IMG/VR virus record: IMGVR_UViG_3300037743_000151
Coordinates: 7,980 to 71,979 of that record
Source of the DNA: a virus
DNA: 64,000 nt
Reading direction: 5' to 3' (one strand)
This document shows positions 61,339 through 64,000 of the stretch, one piece after another. Position 1 is the stretch's first letter; every line of letters begins with the position of its first letter. The notes under the pieces were generated by a model that was not told the origin of the DNA, made no database searches, and worked only from the letters and a program-made list of their open reading frames with translations. The translations under genes were made by a program, and so were the position numbers.

Positions 61339-61970
61339 ATGATCTCTTCCCCCCACGTCATTCTTCGCGCCTCAGCGAAGGCGCGTTCTTCCAGTTCAGC
61401 CTTGGTGTAGGGGTGCTGTTCGTCACCCGATAGGACGGCCTCGACAGAGCCGGGGCGCCAGTCCAGCGCCGTCTCCACACCCTCCAGGAATGCCTTGGCG
61501 TACCGGTCCCGAATGCCCCTCTCCAGCGCGCGCACGTCCTCGACATCGGCGCCGCACCGCTGCGCGATAACGCGCTGGCTGAGACGCTGCCTGGTGCGCT
61601 CCACCCGGAACCGCCGCCCGAGCCGCTGCCACGCGAGTTCGTCAGGCAGGAACCGCAGTCCCATCTCGTCTGCTTCAATGCGGCGCCAGTTGTGGGTCTC
61701 GTTGTACTTAGGCAGGAGCGCTCTGATCTGGCGTTCTTCAACCTTTTCGGCTATGAGGCGGCTTGGGTATCGCTCCCATGTCACCTTGGCTGCTTCCTTG
61801 ATCCACGCGGATCCGCCGCGTCGGTGGCCCTGAATGCGTTGTGCCAGGTCATCGGTGACGCCTATGTAGAGCAGGTCCCCGGAGGCGTCGTAGCCGTAGT
61901 AGACGAATGAGGCATTGTGGGCGCGCAGGAGGAATTCTCCGGTGGCCTGCGGCGCTGGTGACTGGCGCAT
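61335..61970 (-). CDS. GIY-YIG nuclease domain + XRE-type HTH protein
   Basis: FVYYGYDASGDLLYIGVTDDLAQRIQGH...E...PKYN, then RTRQRLSQRVIAQRCGADVEDVRALERG. Confidence 0.65.
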   Translation of the reverse strand: MRQSPAPQATGEFLLRAHNASFVYYGYDASGDLLYIGVTDDLAQRIQGHRRGGSAWIKEAAKVTWERYPSRLIAEKVEERQIRALLPKYNETHNWRRIEADEMGLRFLPDELAWQRLGRRFRVERTRQRLSQRVIAQRCGADVEDVRALERGIRDRYAKAFLEGVETALDWRPGSVEAVLSGDEQHPYTKAELEERAFAEARRMTWGEEII

Positions 61971-62152
61971 GTCGAGAACCCTAGCGAAATGATCTTGGAA
62001 ATGCTATCTCCACTGGGAGCGCCATGCTTCGGACAGCAAAGCGCCCCCGACCATGTTTGTAAAGGTCAGGGGCACTTTCCGTGCTGCCGATCAGTCGAGG
62101 TAGTCGCGCACTACACCTCTCCCAACGCCATGCTTAACCTCGGAAGATGAGG

Positions 62153-62395
62153 TCACACGCTACCGCCATGCTTTGCAATACCCTCGACTGAACTCATCTG
62201 TAGATCATCCGCCGTACACACCTCCAGCACGTCCGGGCAGCCATCGGCCACCAGCCCGATCACCCGGACCGCATCTGCCTCGCTGATCTGCGCCGGGTCG
62301 TACGACGCATACAGGCCGCAGTTGCCGGGGTGAAGCGCGACAGCTGTGCCGGGCGTATGTTCGCGCGCCTCAAGGCTGAGTGTCAGCGCGCCCAT
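62153..62395 (-). CDS. Hypothetical small protein
   Basis: AAGGGGGA SD before internal ATG 62395. Confidence 0.45.
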   Translation of the reverse strand: MGALTLSLEAREHTPGTAVALHPGNCGLYASYDPAQISEADAVRVIGLVADGCPDVLEVCTADDLQMSSVEGIAKHGGSV

Positions 62396-62557
62396 TTGTC
62401 CCCCTTGTCTCGTGTGTGCTGGCCGCACAACGTTCGAAAGGACCGCACGCACGTCCATCGTCGAGCCAGAAACTGTACGCCGCACCGTCCACCACAGAAC
62501 CCGCGATGCATAAATGCATGCCCTTTCAACACGTATCGGCTGTACGTAAACAAACGG

Positions 62558-62926
62558 TCAGCGCAAGTCGCCATCCCCCTCATCCCGCGCGCGCTCGGCC
62601 TGCCGCTGCACCGCATCCTCGTCCGGAGCACTGGTCCCGGGCGCCGTGAGCGCGATCCCTTCGCCGGTCTGGGTGACGACCAGGCCGAGGAACTGGTAAG
62701 CCGCCGCCGCCTGCACCGGGGCGACGGGGAGGCGTAGGCCGGCGGCGATGGCCCGGATGAGGGGCGGGTCGATGTGTACGTTCTTGCCGTTGGCGATCTT
62801 CCACAGGACTCCTCTGCTGGGCCGGTATCCGGTGCGTTCGTCGATGGCCTGCTCTTCGAACTTGGCGTAGGTGAGTGGTCTGCCTGTGCCGACACGTTCG
62901 GCGACGAGTTCGGTGAGGGTCTGCAT
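62558..62926 (-). CDS. Repressor-like DNA-binding protein (XRE/CI-like position)
   Basis: Divergent from a Cro-like gene. N-terminal part: TYAKFEEQAIDERTGYRPSRGVLWKIANGK. Confidence 0.5.
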   Translation of the reverse strand: MQTLTELVAERVGTGRPLTYAKFEEQAIDERTGYRPSRGVLWKIANGKNVHIDPPLIRAIAAGLRLPVAPVQAAAAYQFLGLVVTQTGEGIALTAPGTSAPDEDAVQRQAERARDEGDGDLR

Positions 62927-63006
62927 GGTGGTGTCCTCGCTTGCGGGGGCTGGCGGTTGGTGGGTGTGGGGGGCGAACCTCCGCCCGAGTCAGCGTCATT
63001 GTCCAC

Positions 63007-63143
63007 GTTCAAGAACACTCACGCGCCCCCGGCCTCGGATGTTCAAGCAGAACGCTACGGAAAACGGGGACAGGATCGGGTGATTCCCGCACAGCACTGG
63101 ACAGCACAGCAACGCCATGCTTAGCTTGTCCATGTTCACGAAC
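63007..63143. promoter_or_regulatory. GTTC-N2-GAAC operator-like sites in a divergent switch region
   Basis: GTTCAAGAAC at 63007-63016 and GTTCACGAAC at 63134-63143. GTTCAAGCAGAAC at 63041-63053 is related. Another GTTCAAGAAC lies at 63414-63423 inside coding sequence. Confidence 0.45.
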
Positions 63144-63165
63144 GTGGACGCCACGGGAGGAACTG

Positions 63166-63447
63166 GTGCCCGACACCGAACCCATCTACCGCCTCACAAA
63201 CGCCCCACTCCTGAAACGGCTCATGCGAGGCCCGACCGAAAACGGCCGCCGCCACACAGCGCGCAGCCTCGCCGACGCAACCGGCATCAGCAAAAGCAAA
63301 ATCTGGCACATGATCCACGGGCGACAGCCCAAGCTCCCCCGGAGCAAAATGCACGCCGTCCTCAACGAAGTCGACGCCGAACAGGGCTGGCTTTTCACGC
63401 CCATCACATACACGTTCAAGAACGCGAACACGGAGGAAGAGAGATGA
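63166..63447 (+). CDS. Cro/XRE-like HTH protein
   Basis: GGGAGGA SD and GTG 63166. RSLADATGISKSKIWHMIHGRQ. Confidence 0.55.
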   Translation: MPDTEPIYRLTNAPLLKRLMRGPTENGRRHTARSLADATGISKSKIWHMIHGRQPKLPRSKMHAVLNEVDAEQGWLFTPITYTFKNANTEEER

Positions 63448-63701
63448 ACGCCGAAGAACGCCGACTCCGCGCCCAGCTCGGCGCAGAGATGAGCTGGGCG
63501 AAAACCCCCGACCGCACCGCCCGTACCGCACCCGGCAGCCGCGCCGCCGAAGCCCGCTTCGAGAAGCAGGCCCGCGAGATGCACCCGGACGCCGGCGACG
63601 AGTTCATTGCGAAGGTCGCCGAAAACCTGCGGCGGGCGCACTTCAGGCGCATGGGGCTGGAGTCGGCGCGTAGGCGCCGGGAGCGCACGTCGGCCGCCTG
63701 A
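63444..63701 (+). CDS. Hypothetical basic protein
   Basis: ATGA overlap at 63444. Confidence 0.5.
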   Translation: MNAEERRLRAQLGAEMSWAKTPDRTARTAPGSRAAEARFEKQAREMHPDAGDEFIAKVAENLRRAHFRRMGLESARRRRERTSAA

Positions 63702-63781
63702 CCAAAAGAAGCGGGGCCGCCCCGGACACGACCCGGATGCGACCCCAGACCCACTGAAGCACGAAGCAAGGAGTGGACCTC

Positions 63782-64000
63782 ATGAACAAGCCTACCGACC
63801 TACCCGGCACCAGCGTCCTCGTGATGACGCTGCCGAAGGCCCCCCTGCCGGATGCGGAGAAGGCTCGCGCGCTGGCTCAGAACCGGAACGCGTTCACGGT
63901 GGACTGCCTGATCGACGGCAGCAACCTGCCGGCGCCGGTGCGGATTCCGCGGGCGGAGTCGGTGCACGTGATGTGCGCGGACGTCGACGACCTCGGTGAG
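63782..64000 (+). CDS. 5' part of hypothetical protein (runs off the window)
   Basis: AAGGAG SD before ATG 63782; the frame is open to the window end. Confidence 0.45.
   Translation, partial: MNKPTDLPGTSVLVMTLPKAPLPDAEKARALAQNRNAFTVDCLIDGSNLPAPVRIPRAESVHVMCADVDDLGE

Larger units (their letters stand above)
1..64000. mobile_element. Temperate siphovirus-type phage genome segment (or prophage) spanning the whole window
   Basis: Continuous phage gene content: terminase, portal, MuF/protease, capsid, tape measure, minor tails, endolysin/holin, integrase and repressor-like regulators. Genes are tightly packed and often share GTGA/ATGA start-stop overlaps. Confidence 0.85.

Overview
The whole 64 kb window reads as a very GC-rich, actinobacterial (Streptomyces-type) temperate siphovirus genome. 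No clearly cellular genes appear at either edge. The integrase lies inside phage DNA, so the arrangement looks like the unintegrated attP form. All family names below come from motif recognition by eye; no database search was run.

Layout:
- 1-12.0 kb: rightward early genes. These include a tandem-repeat protein, an orphan Phd/YefM antitoxin on the opposite strand, ParB-like proteins, DUF6011-like and DUF4326-like proteins, and HAD and HIT enzymes.
- 12.2-13.2 kb: leftward DUF6221-like gene plus an HTH regulator.
- 13.5-18.1 kb: rightward block of translationally coupled small and membrane proteins resembling plasmid Spd spread genes, followed by a GIY-YIG nuclease fused to a membrane domain.
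- 18.2-21.2 kb: leftward seven-gene coupled operon (degenerate prohead-protease paralog, endonuclease VII) behind an RHH regulator with a palindromic operator array.
- 21.4-25.7 kb: rightward genes, including a DUF4352-like moron.
- 25.7-31.5 kb: deoxysugar, methyltransferase and glycosyltransferase cluster.
- 31.9-56.5 kb: large terminase, a repeat-rich non-coding region, a two-gene moron, then the virion and lysis genes. These run portal, a 2H-phosphoesterase/MuF/protease polyprotein, capsid, head-tail and tail genes, tape measure, minor tail proteins, amidase endolysin and holin.
- 56.6-64 kb: an extra glycosyltransferase, then the lysogeny and regulation region (WhiB-like, wHTH and RHH regulators, tyrosine integrase coupled to a GIY-YIG/HTH protein, XRE-type switch).

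Observations most worth follow-up:
1. An exact 11-nt asymmetric motif, CCGGAATGATC, occurs five times on the coding strand, 29-58 nt upstream of late-module start codons.
2. The phage-borne sugar-modification cluster sits immediately upstream of the large terminase.
3. The Spd-like membrane module has no TraB translocase in the window.
4. A protease-like paralog lacking the putative catalytic residues is encoded in the leftward operon.
5. A 2H phosphoesterase domain is fused to the MuF/protease polyprotein.
6. An in-frame 12-nt microsatellite of about 49 copies sits in an early gene.
7. A repeat-rich region with an AT-rich core and a flanked two-gene moron lie between terminase and portal.
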